Source: Patescibacteria group bacterium | GTDB taxonomy: Bacteria; Patescibacteriota; Microgenomatia; JAMCZE01 | DNA length: 64,000 nucleotides | Reading direction: 5' to 3' | Assembly (NCBI GenBank): GCA_023380635.1 | Contig: JAMCRP010000001.1 | Location: 341,200 to 405,199, forward strand | Shown: in pieces, positions 29,681 to 40,328 of the stretch | Layout: every line of letters begins with the position of its first letter | How positions within the stretch are numbered: position 1 is the stretch's first letter | Translations under genes and position numbers: made by a program | Notes under the pieces: generated by a model | Database searches by the model: none | Told to the model about the DNA's origin: nothing | The model's input: only the letters and a program-made list of their open reading frames with translations

Positions 29681-30040
29681 TTAGATAAACTTTAATCTGG
29701 CGATCCAGACGTCACGCAGTTTGTTATTCGGCAACATTCCCAACACCGCTTTGCGGATCACCTGTTCCGGCGCTGTATTTTTCATCGGCACTTTTTTCAA
29801 TCCTGCCGGGTAACCGCTAAAGCGAGTATAAACCTTTTTTTCCTGTTTTCTACCTGTCACTTTGATCGCTTTGGCGTTTTTAACCGTCACGAAATCGCCG
29901 CAATCTAAATGGCGGACAAAATAGGGTTTGCTCTTACCAACTAAAAGATTGGAGATTCTGGTCGCCAGCCGTCCCAGTACCTGGCCGGAAGCATCAACCT
30001 CATGCTTGTCGTGTTTAATGTCAGAAAGTTTTGTGTTCAT
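29681..30040 (-). CDS. rplM: 50S ribosomal protein L13
   Basis: N-terminal pattern WxxIDAxGQVLGRLA; precedes rpsI. Confidence 0.93.
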   Translation of the reverse strand: MNTKLSDIKHDKHEVDASGQVLGRLATRISNLLVGKSKPYFVRHLDCGDFVTVKNAKAIKVTGRKQEKKVYTRFSGYPAGLKKVPMKNTAPEQVIRKAVLGMLPNNKLRDVWIARLKFI

Positions 30041-30042
30041 GT

Positions 30043-30501
30043 TTATTTCTTAAGTGTCTTAGACTTCTTAACAGCCGGTTTTTTAGTTTCCGTCTTGGTT
30101 TCGGCTTTCGGTTCTTGTGCTTTTGATTCAGATATTGCCGCTTCCTTCTTTGGTTCAACTGATTCCACAAGCTCTAAGATCGCTAGTTCCGCCGCGTCGG
30201 ACATCCTTTGTCCCAGGCGAACTATCCGGGAGTAGCCTGAAGTGCGGGTAGTAAAAGCTTTGGTGTATTTATCAAAGAATTTGTCTGTCCCTAAATCTTC
30301 CACGGTTAACCTCCGGGCATTAACCGACCCTTCTTTGGCCCAGTTAATTAGTCTGTCCAAATCTCCTTGGACAGCTTTAGCCCGGGATAAGGTGGTTTGA
30401 ATTTTACCATGGTCTAAAACCGCCACCAGAAGACTGCGGTACAATCCCTTGGCCGCGTTAGTATCCCGGTGCAACTGGTTTCCAAAAACTCGGTGTTTCA
30501 T
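30043..30501 (-). CDS. rplQ: 50S ribosomal protein L17
   Basis: MKHRVFGNQLHRDTNAAKGLYRSL... matches L17; follows rpoA. Confidence 0.93.
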   Translation of the reverse strand: MKHRVFGNQLHRDTNAAKGLYRSLLVAVLDHGKIQTTLSRAKAVQGDLDRLINWAKEGSVNARRLTVEDLGTDKFFDKYTKAFTTRTSGYSRIVRLGQRMSDAAELAILELVESVEPKKEAAISESKAQEPKAETKTETKKPAVKKSKTLKK

Positions 30502-30507
30502 AATTAA

Positions 30508-31428
30508 TTAGACAGACAAGGCGACGCCTTTTTCGCGTAGCTTTTCTTCCACAATACCAAGAGATTTTCCGCCCAGGTTTTTCACCTTCAGCAGATCTTT
30601 TCTCGGCGTGCCCAAGAGCTGACCCACGGTTTCAATGCCCCCGTTTTTCAGGGCATTTTCCAGCCGGGTCGGCAGGTCCAGCTCTTCGATGAGCATTTTG
30701 AGAACATCATCCGAAACGGTCGGCGTGACTGCCACCGTGGTTTCGGAAATGTCCGCCTTTGGTTCGTAGATTTGCAGGAAATAGGAAGCCAAAAGCTTGG
30801 CTGCCTGTTTCAGCGCGTCATACGGAGCAATGGTACCGTCAGTCCAGATTTCGATGACCAAACGGTCAAGGTTAGTCTGGCGCCCAACCCGGGTCGACTC
30901 CTGGCGGTAATTCACCCGGACAACCGGAGTGAAAGTCGCATCCAGGGGAATAACCCCGATAACGCCACTGCGCCGCTCGTCAGCCAGAGAATAACCATAG
31001 CCCTTTTCGACCGTAATAGTGGCCGAGAGCTTGGCTTTTTTATCCGCCAAAGTCCCCAAATAGAGATCTTTGTTGGCTATTTCGACTGCCGAAGTATCTT
31101 CGATACTGGCCGCGGTCACTTCGCCCGGGCCGGTCGCTTCCAACCGGATCGTGGCCTTATCGCCGTCCAGGAGGCGAACCCGCAGTTTTTTCAGATTTAA
31201 GACAAACTCCACCACATCTTCCTGAAGGCCGGCAAGAGTTTGAAATTGGTGTTTCACACCATCAATGGTCACGCTGGTGACCGCCGCTCCCGGAAGAGAG
31301 GAATACAAAACCCTCCTTAAAGCATTGCCCAAAGTGTAGGCATAACCCGTTTCGAGGGGCTCAATCACAAACCGCCCGTAACTGTCGGTTTGTTCGTCAG
31401 TTTTGACTTTGAAAACCGGATCTAACAT
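30508..31428 (-). CDS. rpoA: DNA-directed RNA polymerase subunit alpha
   Basis: NTD with LGNALRRVLYSS, and an alpha-CTD. Confidence 0.95.
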   Translation of the reverse strand: MLDPVFKVKTDEQTDSYGRFVIEPLETGYAYTLGNALRRVLYSSLPGAAVTSVTIDGVKHQFQTLAGLQEDVVEFVLNLKKLRVRLLDGDKATIRLEATGPGEVTAASIEDTSAVEIANKDLYLGTLADKKAKLSATITVEKGYGYSLADERRSGVIGVIPLDATFTPVVRVNYRQESTRVGRQTNLDRLVIEIWTDGTIAPYDALKQAAKLLASYFLQIYEPKADISETTVAVTPTVSDDVLKMLIEELDLPTRLENALKNGGIETVGQLLGTPRKDLLKVKNLGGKSLGIVEEKLREKGVALSV

Positions 31429-31489
31429 GATTTTTTTCGCTAACTAAGCTTAAACTAAAAGCAAACTCTACCTTTTAATTTAAACTTAT

Positions 31490-32098
31490 TTAGCGGGAAT
31501 AAAACTCAATAATTAACTGCTCATCTACTTCCGTAGGAATGTCGTCCCGGCCCGGAATTTTTACCAACCGTCCGGCGGCAGCTTCTCTTTCAAAATAATC
31601 CGGAATCTTCGGTTCGGCTACTTCCAGCATTTTCTTTACTGCCGGCATTTCTAAAGCTTTCGGGGAAAGCGTCACGACTTCATTTAATTTCAGAGAATAT
31701 GACGGAATATTAACTTTTTTGCCGTTTATCAGCACATGACCATGGGAAACCAGTTGCCGGCCCATCGCCCTCGAAGGCACCAGACCCAGGCGATAAACAC
31801 TGTTATCCAGCCGGCGTTCCAGATTCTGCAAAAGGGCTTCGCCGGTTTTGCCGGGAACTTTTGCCGCAGCTTCATAATAGCGGCGGAACTGCTTTTCCAA
31901 AAGTCCGTAAACTCGTTTGGCTTTTTGTTTTTCCCGCAGTTGCAGGTAATACTCTGAGTGTTTACTCCGGCCGCCCTTGGGCCCATGAACTCCCGGCGGA
32001 ACCGAAAGTCTCCGGCCCAAAGAACCGCTGGCCTTATCCAGAATATTAGCGCCTTCGCGCCTGGCTAATCGATGTTTTGGTCCGGTATATCTTGCCAT
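31490..32098 (-). CDS. rpsD: 30S ribosomal protein S4
   Basis: MARYTGPKHRLARREG N-terminus and an S4 domain. Confidence 0.95.
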   Translation of the reverse strand: MARYTGPKHRLARREGANILDKASGSLGRRLSVPPGVHGPKGGRSKHSEYYLQLREKQKAKRVYGLLEKQFRRYYEAAAKVPGKTGEALLQNLERRLDNSVYRLGLVPSRAMGRQLVSHGHVLINGKKVNIPSYSLKLNEVVTLSPKALEMPAVKKMLEVAEPKIPDYFEREAAAGRLVKIPGRDDIPTEVDEQLIIEFYSR

Positions 32099-32100
32099 AG

Positions 32101-32508
32101 TTAAACCCTTCTTTTCTTCTTCGGCCTTGGCCCGTTATGGGCAATCGGCGTAACATCCGCGATTAAACTAATGTCAAAACCAATGGTTTTCAAAGCCCGT
32201 AAGGCGGCATCGCGGCCGGCTCCCGGACCTTTAATGTAGACTTCCACCTGACGCATCCCCTGATCCCAGGCTTTTCTGCCAACATTTTCTACGGTCGCGG
32301 TGGCCGCGTACGGTGTCGACTTTCTTGCTCCTTTGAAACCGTTACTACCGGAACTGCCGGCCATCAAAGTGTTCCCGGCAGCGTCAGTTACTGTTACCAA
32401 AGTATTGTTGAAAGTTGCCGTCACGTAAACCCTGCCGGAAGTAACTTCCTTGCCGGATTTCTTGGTCACCTTTTTTGTTTCTTTGGTTTCAGTTTTTTTA
32501 TCAGCCAT
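32101..32508 (-). CDS. rpsK: 30S ribosomal protein S11
   Basis: Conserved S11 core and C-terminal ...PHNGPRPKKKRRV. Confidence 0.95.
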   Translation of the reverse strand: MADKKTETKETKKVTKKSGKEVTSGRVYVTATFNNTLVTVTDAAGNTLMAGSSGSNGFKGARKSTPYAATATVENVGRKAWDQGMRQVEVYIKGPGAGRDAALRALKTIGFDISLIADVTPIAHNGPRPKKKRRV

Positions 32509-32522
32509 TTTTTATCTTATTA

Positions 32523-32951
32523 TTACTTTTTTGCTTCCGCTGCCGGCGCGGCTGCAGCTGTGCCAATTCCCAGCTTTTCCGCCATCTCTTTCTTGATCGC
32601 GCCAATAGTCACCCGCTTACCGCGTTTTGTCCGGGCGTTGGATTTTGTCCGCTGGCCCCTAACCGGCAAGTTACGGGTATGGCGGATCCCCCGATACGAT
32701 GCGATCTGCTTTAAGGCGGCAATATTGCCGTGAACTTCCGCCCGCAATTCACCTTCAACCTTGACAGTATCGATAGCTTTTTGCACCCGGTTAACTTCAT
32801 CTTCTGAAAGATCTTTAACCCGCTTCGCCGGATCAATTCCGGCAATTTTTAACAGGCTGCCGACATTTCTCCGACCAACACCATACAAGCGGGTGAGAGC
32901 AATATCGACGCGCTTATTGTTATCCAAATCGATTCCGGCAATTCTTGGCAT
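32523..32951 (-). CDS. rpsM: 30S ribosomal protein S13
   Basis: MPRIAGIDLDNNKRVDIALTRLYGVG start. Confidence 0.95.
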   Translation of the reverse strand: MPRIAGIDLDNNKRVDIALTRLYGVGRRNVGSLLKIAGIDPAKRVKDLSEDEVNRVQKAIDTVKVEGELRAEVHGNIAALKQIASYRGIRHTRNLPVRGQRTKSNARTKRGKRVTIGAIKKEMAEKLGIGTAAAAPAAEAKK

Positions 32952-32961
32952 ACTTTAAAAG

Positions 32962-33075
32962 TTATCCCTGGCGCTGTTTATGCTTCGGGTTTTCGCACAC
33001 GACATAAACCCGGCCTTTGCGCCGGACAATTTTGCATTTTTTACACCTTGGTTTAACACTAGCCTGTACCTTCAT
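32962..33075 (-). CDS. rpmJ: 50S ribosomal protein L36
   Basis: Hand-translated 37-aa [40 protein letters not shown] with the zinc ribbon. It is below the ORF-track size cutoff. Confidence 0.9.
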   Translation of the reverse strand: MKVQASVKPRCKKCKIVRRKGRVYVVCENPKHKQRQG

Positions 33076-33079
33076 AAAC

Positions 33080-33304
33080 TTACTTAGTCCTGTACACAAT
33101 TCTTCCGCGATCGATGTCGTATTGAGTCATTTCCACTTTAACTTTGTCACCCGGAAGAATCCGGATATGGTTCATACGCATCTTTCCCGACATTGTGCAC
33201 AGAATCTCTCGTCCGTCTGACAGCTGTACTTTAAACATGGTGTTAGGCAAATTCTCCAGAACTTGCCCGTCGAATTCCATTGTGCCCTGATGTGCCATTA
33301 CCAC
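33080..33304 (-). CDS. infA: Translation initiation factor IF-1
   Basis: S1-like OB fold: [35 protein letters not shown]... The true start may be the ATG at 33298. Confidence 0.93.
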   Translation of the reverse strand: MVMAHQGTMEFDGQVLENLPNTMFKVQLSDGREILCTMSGKMRMNHIRILPGDKVKVEMTQYDIDRGRIVYRTK

Positions 33305-33370
33305 AAAAAAAGACAGCCCAAGGATCCCTTTTCTCTTAGGCTAAGAGGTATTATATATGGGATTAGCCCC

Positions 33371-34174
33371 TCAAGTCAATACTTTTGGACCCTTCTCAGT
33401 AATCGCCACCGTGTGCTCGAAAAGACCGGACGGAGAGTTATCCCGGGTAACAATAGTCCAACCGTCATCGCCGCCATAAACGACAGGGGACTCACCCCGG
33501 TTATAAATTACCTCCACCGCCAGGACCATTCCCGTCTTAATTTCCGGAGTATTTTCAATTCTTCCCCGCAGGTAGCAGGGAACTTCGGGGTCTTCATGAA
33601 GCGCCCGTCCGATCCCGTGGCCCACCAGTTGCTTAACCGGGCTGTAGCCACTGCCCCTGACTGTGTCTTCAATTGCTTTGGAAATATCCCCGATATGCTT
33701 GCCGGGACGGCACTCGCGAATAGCCTTGTTTAAAGCGCTGCGCCCAGTTTCCAGAAATTTTTGTATCTCTTTATCCTGAGTTTCCACCTGAATCGTCCAG
33801 CTGGCGTCTGAATGCCAGCCTTTGTAGACTACTCCGGCGTCCACCCCCACAATGTCTCCGTCCTGCAGTTTATAATCCGAGGGGATTCCGTGAACGACGA
33901 TATCGTTAACGCACATGCAGGTAGTAAAATAGTAACCCTTTTCCATTTTAAACGATGGCTTGCCGCCGGCGGCTAAAATTAATTCCTCGGCGTATTTATC
34001 CAGTTCCAAAGTTGTTATTCCCACGGCGGCTTTGGCCAAAACTTTTTTCATCACTTCGGCCAGAATTTTGCCGCTTTCTGCCATCAATTTAATTTCCTGC
34101 GGAGTTTTAATTTTTATCATCGAAATTTTTATCAATGAGGGCGGCCACTTCTGGAATTGTCCCGCTGCCATCAA
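33371..34174 (-). CDS. map: Methionine aminopeptidase type I
   Basis: Pita-bread fold with metal ligands (VGVDAGV, HGIGRALHE). The true start is probably the internal Met at 34120 ([10 protein letters not shown]...). Confidence 0.92.
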   Translation of the reverse strand: MMAAGQFQKWPPSLIKISMIKIKTPQEIKLMAESGKILAEVMKKVLAKAAVGITTLELDKYAEELILAAGGKPSFKMEKGYYFTTCMCVNDIVVHGIPSDYKLQDGDIVGVDAGVVYKGWHSDASWTIQVETQDKEIQKFLETGRSALNKAIRECRPGKHIGDISKAIEDTVRGSGYSPVKQLVGHGIGRALHEDPEVPCYLRGRIENTPEIKTGMVLAVEVIYNRGESPVVYGGDDGWTIVTRDNSPSGLFEHTVAITEKGPKVLT

Positions 34175-34676
34175 CTTCTGATAAAATTCCCTGGCGCCGA
34201 TAATAATCTAAAATTGGCTGAGTCTGCTGATGATAAATCCCTAACCTTGTTTTAATTGCCTCCGGGGTATCATCACTTCTGTTCTCTTTGCTTATTCTGG
34301 ACATCATCCTTTGGATACCCACTTCATCAGGAAGATTTATTAAAATTACTTTGTCCATTCTTTTACCGTTATTCTTTAACATCTCTTCAAAAGGGATCGC
34401 TTGTTCCATATTTCTCGGGTAGCCATCAAGAACAAAGCCATTAGCTGCTTGTGGACTCAAAAAATACTGTTTTAAACGAGCAAAGAGGATTTCGTCGGGA
34501 ATAAGTTCACCACGATTATAGTATTCCCAGGCCTTTCGGCCTTCTTCAGAATCTTCATTAATCAGCTGCCGGGCAATATCTCCGGAGGAGATTCTCAGTA
34601 GGTTAAGCTTTTTGGCCAGTAAATCTGCCTGTGTAGATTTTCCGGAACCTTGCGGTCCCATTACTGTGATATTCAT
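34107..34676 (-). CDS. adk: Adenylate kinase
   Basis: [11 protein letters not shown]-loop and LID/AMP-binding segments. Confidence 0.93.
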   Translation of the reverse strand: MNITVMGPQGSGKSTQADLLAKKLNLLRISSGDIARQLINEDSEEGRKAWEYYNRGELIPDEILFARLKQYFLSPQAANGFVLDGYPRNMEQAIPFEEMLKNNGKRMDKVILINLPDEVGIQRMMSRISKENRSDDTPEAIKTRLGIYHQQTQPILDYYRRQGILSEVDGSGTIPEVAALIDKNFDDKN

Positions 34677-35956
34677 AGATATTTTTCGTAACTGCGGGAG
34701 ACCATCATGGTTTCAAATTGCCGAGCTGTTTCCAAAACAACCGAAACGACGATTAAAACTCCCGTGCCGCCAATAGTTAATGTGGCGACATTACTGACTC
34801 CCTGGACTAACGACGGAAGGACGGCTACTAATCCCAGAAAAATCGCTCCGGCTAAAGTAATTCTTGTAAGAATGTAGTTTAGATAGTTTGCCGTCGGAGT
34901 GCCTGGCCGAATGCCGGGAATAAAACCGCCATACTTTTGGATCTCTTCCGAAATCTTGGCCGGATTAAAAATAATAGCCGTGTAAAAATAGGTAAAACCT
35001 AAAACAAGAATAAAGTAAACGACATTGTAAACAAGGCTGGTAGGTTGAAAAGCCGCCGCTAAACTTTGGGCTATCCGGGAAATTTCCGGATTTGGGACTT
35101 GTCCCAGATACTGGCCGACCAAAGAGGGGAGTAAAACCAGGGAAACGGCAAAAATAATCGGAATAACTCCGGCTTGGTTGACCCGCAATGGCAAATAGGT
35201 CGACTGGCCGCCATACATTTTGTTACCCCGAACTCTTCGGGCATAGACAATCGGAATCTGACGAGTAGCTTCGTTTACCATAACAATGCCGGCAATAACC
35301 ACCAGCGCTATTGCCCCGAAAACGAAGATGTTTAGTAACTGGTCCCCCGTTACTACCGAAACCGTTTGGCCAATAATTACCGGAAACCGCCCGACAATGC
35401 CGCCAAAAATTAACATGGAAATGCCGTTGCCGATACCATATTCGGTAATTAGTTCCCCGAGCCACATTAAGAGCAAGGTTCCCGCTGTCAAGGTAAAAAT
35501 TAAGCCGATGAGCATCAGGGGATTAAGACCGGAAATAATATTTTGATTTTTTAAAAGCGCGTAAGTGCCCAGGGCCTGAAGAGTCGCCAGAGGAACGGTA
35601 ATCATTCTCGCGTACTGGTTTATCTTGGTTTGTCCTGATTCACCCTCCTTCGCTAGTTCTTCCAGCGACGGAAAAACCATTTGCAAAAGCTGCAAGATAA
35701 TCGTGGCGTTAATGTAGGGGTTTAAGCCCAGAGCCATAACCGAGAAGTTTGCCAACGTTCCCCCGGAAAAGATATCGAGTAGTCCCAGGAACTGATTGCT
35801 GGCAAAAAGACTTTTTAAAGCTGTAGCGTTAACTCCGGGAACGGGAATATGGGCAAAGAAGCGAAAAACAAAAAAGATCGCCGCCGTAAAAATAATTCTT
35901 CGGCGCAGCTCCGGCGTGTTCCAGGCGTTAATAAAAGTTTGCAGAATTCGGTTCAC
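34673..35956 (-). CDS. secY: Preprotein translocase subunit SecY
   Basis: 10-TM protein with SecY signatures ([17 protein letters not shown]). Confidence 0.95.
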   Translation of the reverse strand: MNRILQTFINAWNTPELRRRIIFTAAIFFVFRFFAHIPVPGVNATALKSLFASNQFLGLLDIFSGGTLANFSVMALGLNPYINATIILQLLQMVFPSLEELAKEGESGQTKINQYARMITVPLATLQALGTYALLKNQNIISGLNPLMLIGLIFTLTAGTLLLMWLGELITEYGIGNGISMLIFGGIVGRFPVIIGQTVSVVTGDQLLNIFVFGAIALVVIAGIVMVNEATRQIPIVYARRVRGNKMYGGQSTYLPLRVNQAGVIPIIFAVSLVLLPSLVGQYLGQVPNPEISRIAQSLAAAFQPTSLVYNVVYFILVLGFTYFYTAIIFNPAKISEEIQKYGGFIPGIRPGTPTANYLNYILTRITLAGAIFLGLVAVLPSLVQGVSNVATLTIGGTGVLIVVSVVLETARQFETMMVSRSYEKYL

Positions 35957-35992
35957 GCTGTAATGATAGCATAATTAAGGAGGTTGGGGGAG

Positions 35993-36319
35993 TTAGGGAT
36001 TTTGAGAAGAGACAGTGTATAAAACACCCCTTGTTTTACCTACTTTTGCTATGTAGCCGTTATCAACCAAATATTTTAAATCATATCGAAGCAATCGGGG
36101 ATCAACGGCTAGAAAACGCCGATGGAGAAAGTCAGCAGAGACACTTTGATGGTCCTGAATCGTTTGAAAAATTTCCTGCCGCCGTGGTGATAACTCCTGT
36201 GAATTTCGGATTAGTTGGGCCGTTTCTACTAAAAGCTTGAGAATCTCTTTTTGTTTTTTGGGATACCTAAGTGACTTGAGGGATTTAAGTTTATCTTTTA
36301 TCAGGAGGCAATTATCCAT
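35993..36319 (-). CDS. Small winged-helix (wHTH) protein of unknown function inserted between rplO and secY
   Basis: 108-aa ORF in tight operon spacing; the C-terminal half (SADFLHRRFLAVDPRLLRYDLKYLVDNGYIAKVGKTRGVLYTV) looks like a winged HTH. Not L30. Confidence 0.5.
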   Translation of the reverse strand: MDNCLLIKDKLKSLKSLRYPKKQKEILKLLVETAQLIRNSQELSPRRQEIFQTIQDHQSVSADFLHRRFLAVDPRLLRYDLKYLVDNGYIAKVGKTRGVLYTVSSQNP

Positions 36320-36759
36320 TAAGCGATTTTACCACCGGCTTTTTCGATTTTCCTGACGGCACCTTTGGAGCAGGGAAGTTTGACTACCAAAGCTACTTTT
36401 AAATCCCCGTCGCCTAGGATTTTCACCTTATCAATATTCGTATCAATGATTTTGGCCGCCTGAAGAGATTTCAAGGTCACTTCCGTATTGGGCTTAAGAG
36501 AGTTCAGATATTTAACATTAACGATAAACGGCCGGTGATCGTTGTGGGATTTATTTTTGCCTTTGCCCCGGATTAACGGCAATCTTTTTAGCCATGAAGC
36601 TTGAAGGGAAGAACCGGCAAAAGTCAGCTTGACATTTTCCCGGGCTTTTTGTCCCTTGGTTCCCCGGCCGGCAGTTTTAACTTTACCACTACCGTGACCC
36701 CGACCCAAACGCTTGGCCGAACGAGTTTTCAGAGCTGGTAAGGTCGTCAGATTCGTCAT
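36319..36759 (-). CDS. rplO: 50S ribosomal protein L15
   Basis: Gly/Arg/Lys-rich N-terminus (GRGHGSGKVKTAGRGTKGQKAR). Confidence 0.93.
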   Translation of the reverse strand: MTNLTTLPALKTRSAKRLGRGHGSGKVKTAGRGTKGQKARENVKLTFAGSSLQASWLKRLPLIRGKGKNKSHNDHRPFIVNVKYLNSLKPNTEVTLKSLQAAKIIDTNIDKVKILGDGDLKVALVVKLPCSKGAVRKIEKAGGKIA

Positions 36760-36771
36760 AAGTATCTTAAA

Positions 36772-37230
36772 TTACTTAAGACCCTTAAGAGACTTAAGGG
36801 CTTCAAGTGTAGCATAAACATTATTGGCTTGATTATTCGTTCCCAAAATTTTGCTGCTTATATCATGAATTCCGGCAGCTTCCACCACAGCCCGAACCGC
36901 GCCCCCGGCGATGACTCCGGACCCGGCCGGAGCCGGCATTAACAGCACCTTGGCCGCCCCGAACTTTTTTTCCACCTGATGGGGGATTGTGGTTCCCCTC
37001 ATCGGCACGGTTATTAAATGCTTTTGAGCATAACTGACGGCTTTTCGGATTGAGCTTTGAACTTCCGGTCCCTGACCAAGCCCCACTCCCACTCTTCCCT
37101 TTTTATCTCCCACAACCACTAAAACACTAAAGCCGATTTTGTTGCCTCCCTGAGTTTTTTTGGAAACCCGGTTGACCTGAACGACTTTTTCTTCAAACTC
37201 TTTTGGTTCCTGATGAAAATTATTAGCCAT
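36772..37230 (-). CDS. rpsE: 30S ribosomal protein S5
   Basis: dsRBD plus S5 C-terminal domain. rplO follows directly with no rpmD (L30) between. Confidence 0.95.
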   Translation of the reverse strand: MANNFHQEPKEFEEKVVQVNRVSKKTQGGNKIGFSVLVVVGDKKGRVGVGLGQGPEVQSSIRKAVSYAQKHLITVPMRGTTIPHQVEKKFGAAKVLLMPAPAGSGVIAGGAVRAVVEAAGIHDISSKILGTNNQANNVYATLEALKSLKGLK

Positions 37231-37235
37231 AACTT

Positions 37236-37541
37236 TTAGAAAACTAATCCGGCTTCTCTCGCGGCTTCAGCAAACTTTTTGACATTGCCGTGATATTTAT
37301 AACCAGCCCTATCAAAAACCACATTTTTAACTTTCAGCTTTGACGCTTTCTCCGCCAATTCTTTTCCGGCCACAGCGGCGTCGGTAATTTTATCGACTGA
37401 GACCAGGGTTTGTCCAGTCGCGTCGTTAATTAATTGGCCATAAATATACCTGTTTGACCGGAACACGACCAACCGCGGGGTTTCCTTTGTTCCCCGAATG
37501 GTCTTTTTAATTCTTGCCCGGCGATTATCTCTTTTGTTCAT
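37236..37541 (-). CDS. rplR: 50S ribosomal protein L18
   Basis: Recognised as L18 from the conserved core and spc-operon position. Confidence 0.93.
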   Translation of the reverse strand: MNKRDNRRARIKKTIRGTKETPRLVVFRSNRYIYGQLINDATGQTLVSVDKITDAAVAGKELAEKASKLKVKNVVFDRAGYKYHGNVKKFAEAAREAGLVF

Positions 37542-37543
37542 AT

Positions 37544-38107
37544 CTACTTAGCTCCCGGCGCTCCGCCAACAGCTTTAGCTGCTTTCCCCGCTTTTCTTCT
37601 AACTACTTCCCCGATATATCTAATGCCCTTGCCTTTATAGGGTTCGGGGGGTCTGATCCGGCGAATCTGAGCGGCCGTCTCCCCAACCAATTGTTTATCA
37701 ACACCTTTAATGTTAATTTTTGTATTCTCGGTTACTTCAAAAGTAATTCCTGCCGGCGCCGGAAACTTCACCGGGTGGGAAAAACCGACATTCAAAACCA
37801 AAGTTGTTCCTTCCAGAGCCGCCCGATACCCTACTCCGACCAACTCCAATCCCTTGTTCCAACCCTGATTAACTCCCATAATGATATTTTCTACCAAAGT
37901 CCGGGTTAAACCGTGCAGCGATTTAGCTTTAGGCGTGTCCCCGGCCCGCTCCACCAAAACATCATTACCGGAAACAGTAATCTTAATTTCCGGCTTAATA
38001 TTCAAGGCCAATTCCCCTTTTGGACCCGCAGCTACCAGCCGGTGATCTTCCGTTTTAACGGTAACGCCGGAGGGAATTTTTACTGGTTTTTTGCCAATTC
38101 TGGACAT
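37544..38107 (-). CDS. rplF: 50S ribosomal protein L6
   Basis: Two L6 alpha/beta repeats. The likely start is MSRIGKKPVKIP (ATG at 38107); the ORF-track frame extends to 38146. Confidence 0.93.
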   Translation of the reverse strand: MSRIGKKPVKIPSGVTVKTEDHRLVAAGPKGELALNIKPEIKITVSGNDVLVERAGDTPKAKSLHGLTRTLVENIIMGVNQGWNKGLELVGVGYRAALEGTTLVLNVGFSHPVKFPAPAGITFEVTENTKINIKGVDKQLVGETAAQIRRIRPPEPYKGKGIRYIGEVVRRKAGKAAKAVGGAPGAK

Positions 38108-38111
38108 ATTT

Positions 38112-38495
38112 TTACCAAATTTCGCAAATAACTTCGCCGCCAACACCTGCTTTTTTGGCCTGTTTATTAGTCATTAAACCTTTTGGTGTCGAAATTATAG
38201 CTGTCCCCGCCCCGCCTAAAACTTTCGGCAAATTGGTATGGGCTGCGTAAATCCGAAGGCTCGGGCGGCTGATCCGCCTGATTTCTGTCAGTCCCGGTTC
38301 TTTACCGTTGTATTTTAAGGTTAAGATCAAGCTATTTTTCTCTTTCTTCACTTCTGATATATAACCGCTCTCTTTTAACAATTTGGCGAGACTTTCTTTC
38401 ATTTTGGACCAGGGAATTTCCACAGAAAGCCTTCCGGCCAGATAGCCATTTTTAATTCTGGAAATCATATCGGAAATCGGATCTATCATGACCAC
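38112..38495 (-). CDS. rpsH: 30S ribosomal protein S8
   Basis: [17 protein letters not shown] start. Confidence 0.95.
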   Translation of the reverse strand: MVMIDPISDMISRIKNGYLAGRLSVEIPWSKMKESLAKLLKESGYISEVKKEKNSLILTLKYNGKEPGLTEIRRISRPSLRIYAAHTNLPKVLGGAGTAIISTPKGLMTNKQAKKAGVGGEVICEIW

Positions 38496-38674
38496 GATGC
38501 CCGCAATACCCCCGGAATCTCCCCTTTATGGGCGAGCTCCCGGAAACAAAGCCGGCATAAACCGAACTTTCTCATATAACCCCTGGATCTTCCACACAAC
38601 CGGCACCGGTTATGAAACCGGACCGTGTATTTTTGTTTTTTTTGAAATTTAACGATATCGCTTGTTTTTGCCAT
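38486..38674 (-). CDS. rpsZ: 30S ribosomal protein S14 type Z (zinc-binding)
   Basis: 61-aa form with CRLCGR...CRLCFR. Confidence 0.93.
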   Translation of the reverse strand: MAKTSDIVKFQKKQKYTVRFHNRCRLCGRSRGYMRKFGLCRLCFRELAHKGEIPGVLRASWS

Positions 38675-38690
38675 CTTTATTAAATTCTAA

Positions 38691-38745
38691 GAAATAAGAA
38701 ACAAATCCTAATTGTTTGTATCTTGTCTCTTGGTTATTGGTTATT
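38691..38745. repeat. Palindromic intergenic element copy B in the rplE-rpsZ spacer
   Basis: taagaaataagaaacaaatc-ctaatt-gtttgtatcttgtctcttggttatt shares 17/18 nt plus the aagaaacaaatc motif with copy A at 14557-14650. It forms an imperfect hairpin. Confidence 0.6.
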
Positions 38746-39229
38746 ATTTTTGAAACGGCATACCTAACTCTTTAAGAAACGCCATTGCCTGGTCATTATC
38801 TCTGGCCGTTGTCACAATGGTGATTTCCAAGCCCCGTATTTTATCAATTTTTCCGTAATCTATCTCCGGGAAAACAATCTGCTCCTTAATTCCCAAAGTG
38901 TAATTTCCCTGCCCGTCAAGTCCGGAAACCGGCACTCCATGAAAGTCCCGAACCCGCGGCAAAGTGATATTAAATAACTTAGTCAAAAAATCCCGCATTC
39001 TTTTTCCCCGCAAAGTTACCATGACTCCGATTGGTTGGCCCTCGCGCAACTTAAAATTAGCGATAGATTTTTTGGCCAGACGAATAGCCGGTTTCTGGCC
39101 GGTAATCGCCGCCAGATCCGCTGAAATTATATCCAGGACCTTTTTATCAGTCAGCGCTTCTTTAGCACCCACATTCAAAACTACTTTTTGCAGTCTTGGT
39201 TTCGCCATGATGTTATCTGTTTTTGTCAT
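38744..39229 (-). CDS. rplE: 50S ribosomal protein L5
   Basis: Recognised as L5 from the conserved core and spc order. Confidence 0.95.
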   Translation of the reverse strand: MTKTDNIMAKPRLQKVVLNVGAKEALTDKKVLDIISADLAAITGQKPAIRLAKKSIANFKLREGQPIGVMVTLRGKRMRDFLTKLFNITLPRVRDFHGVPVSGLDGQGNYTLGIKEQIVFPEIDYGKIDKIRGLEITIVTTARDNDQAMAFLKELGMPFQK

Positions 39230-39525
39230 ATTTCTTGCTCACACTTTCTGCAAATTCTCACCTTTTCTTTTTCGGTCACCTTAAAACCAACGCGGGTTAT
39301 CTGTTTACATTTCGGACAAATCAGAGCAACGTTGGCAATTGGCAGTGGCCGAGCAAAGTCGACGATGCCTCCCTTTTGTCCCTCGCTGCGCGGTTTTGAA
39401 TGGCGTTTGTAAATGTTTACTCCGGCAACGGCAACTCTTCCATCAAGAACTTTTTCCACGGTCCCCTCTTTCCCTCGGTCTTTCCCCGCCATAATTTTTA
39501 CTTTGTCGCCTTTTTTAAGTTTCAT
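39226..39525 (-). CDS. rplX: 50S ribosomal protein L24
   Basis: KOW motif with a C-terminal CxxC extension. Confidence 0.93.
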   Translation of the reverse strand: MKLKKGDKVKIMAGKDRGKEGTVEKVLDGRVAVAGVNIYKRHSKPRSEGQKGGIVDFARPLPIANVALICPKCKQITRVGFKVTEKEKVRICRKCEQEI

Positions 39526-39526
39526 A

Positions 39527-39901
39527 TTAAAGTACCTCCGATGCCATCGAAACTATCTTATTAAATCCTTTATCTTTCAGTTCCCGAGCCACGGGGCCAA
39601 AAACCCTGGTACCGATTGGATCCAAATTATCCAAGCCGTTAATAACAACCGCAGCATTGTCATCAAAACGGATATAACTTCCGTCTTTGCGACGCTGCTC
39701 TTTATGAGTTCGGGCCACCACGGCAAAGACCATCTGGGAATCCTTAACCATTCCGTTCGGATCCGCCCCGTCAACAACGGCCCGAACGATGTCACCCATA
39801 TAAGAATATTTTCTTTTTGATCCGCCGTATAAATGGATAACCCGCAATTTGTGGGCGCCGGTGTTATCTGCTGGTTTTAAAATCGTCCTTCTTTGAATCA
39901 T
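39527..39901 (-). CDS. rplN: 50S ribosomal protein L14
   Basis: [16 protein letters not shown] start. Confidence 0.95.
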   Translation of the reverse strand: MIQRRTILKPADNTGAHKLRVIHLYGGSKRKYSYMGDIVRAVVDGADPNGMVKDSQMVFAVVARTHKEQRRKDGSYIRFDDNAAVVINGLDNLDPIGTRVFGPVARELKDKGFNKIVSMASEVL

Positions 39902-39905
39902 ATGA

Positions 39906-40133
39906 TTAAATTTTCTTTACCACCATAAAGTGTTTATTCTTGCTAAATGGTTTTGATTTAACAATTTCCACAGTATCCCCCTCTTTAATTCCTTCTATCT
40001 CGTTATGAGCTAACAGTTTTGTTTTGCGCCGCAATATCTTTTTGTATTTTGGGTGTTGGTAAATATATTCCACTGTCACCGCGACGGTCTTTGGCGTCTT
40101 TGCTGACAAAACAGTTGCTTTAAACGTTTGCAT
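39906..40133 (-). CDS. rpsQ: 30S ribosomal protein S17
   Basis: OB fold; operon position. Confidence 0.93.
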   Translation of the reverse strand: MQTFKATVLSAKTPKTVAVTVEYIYQHPKYKKILRRKTKLLAHNEIEGIKEGDTVEIVKSKPFSKNKHFMVVKKI

Positions 40134-40326
40134 GTTCCAGTTCCTTTCTAATTGTTAATATCTGGGCTAAATTCTTTTTCAGATTTTTAGCCAGATTGGT
40201 ATTTTTACTGTGCCGCATCGAAAGTTCCATTTTGGTCTTGATAATCTCCGTCCTAGTTTTGGCAGCCATGGCTTCCAATTCTTCAACGGTCTTATTTTTC
40301 AAATCGTCTAAATCTTTTTGTTTCAT
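40120..40326 (-). CDS. rpmC: 50S ribosomal protein L29
   Basis: Helical 68-aa protein; operon position. Confidence 0.9.
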   Translation of the reverse strand: MKQKDLDDLKNKTVEELEAMAAKTRTEIIKTKMELSMRHSKNTNLAKNLKKNLAQILTIRKELEHANV

Positions 40327-40328
40327 AA

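Noticed and set aside
36031-36240. 69-aa + strand ORF near rplO/secY
   Set aside because: It is antisense to the minus-strand wHTH ORF, which sits in operon orientation with tight spacing. There is no RBS and the composition is hydrophobic low-complexity.
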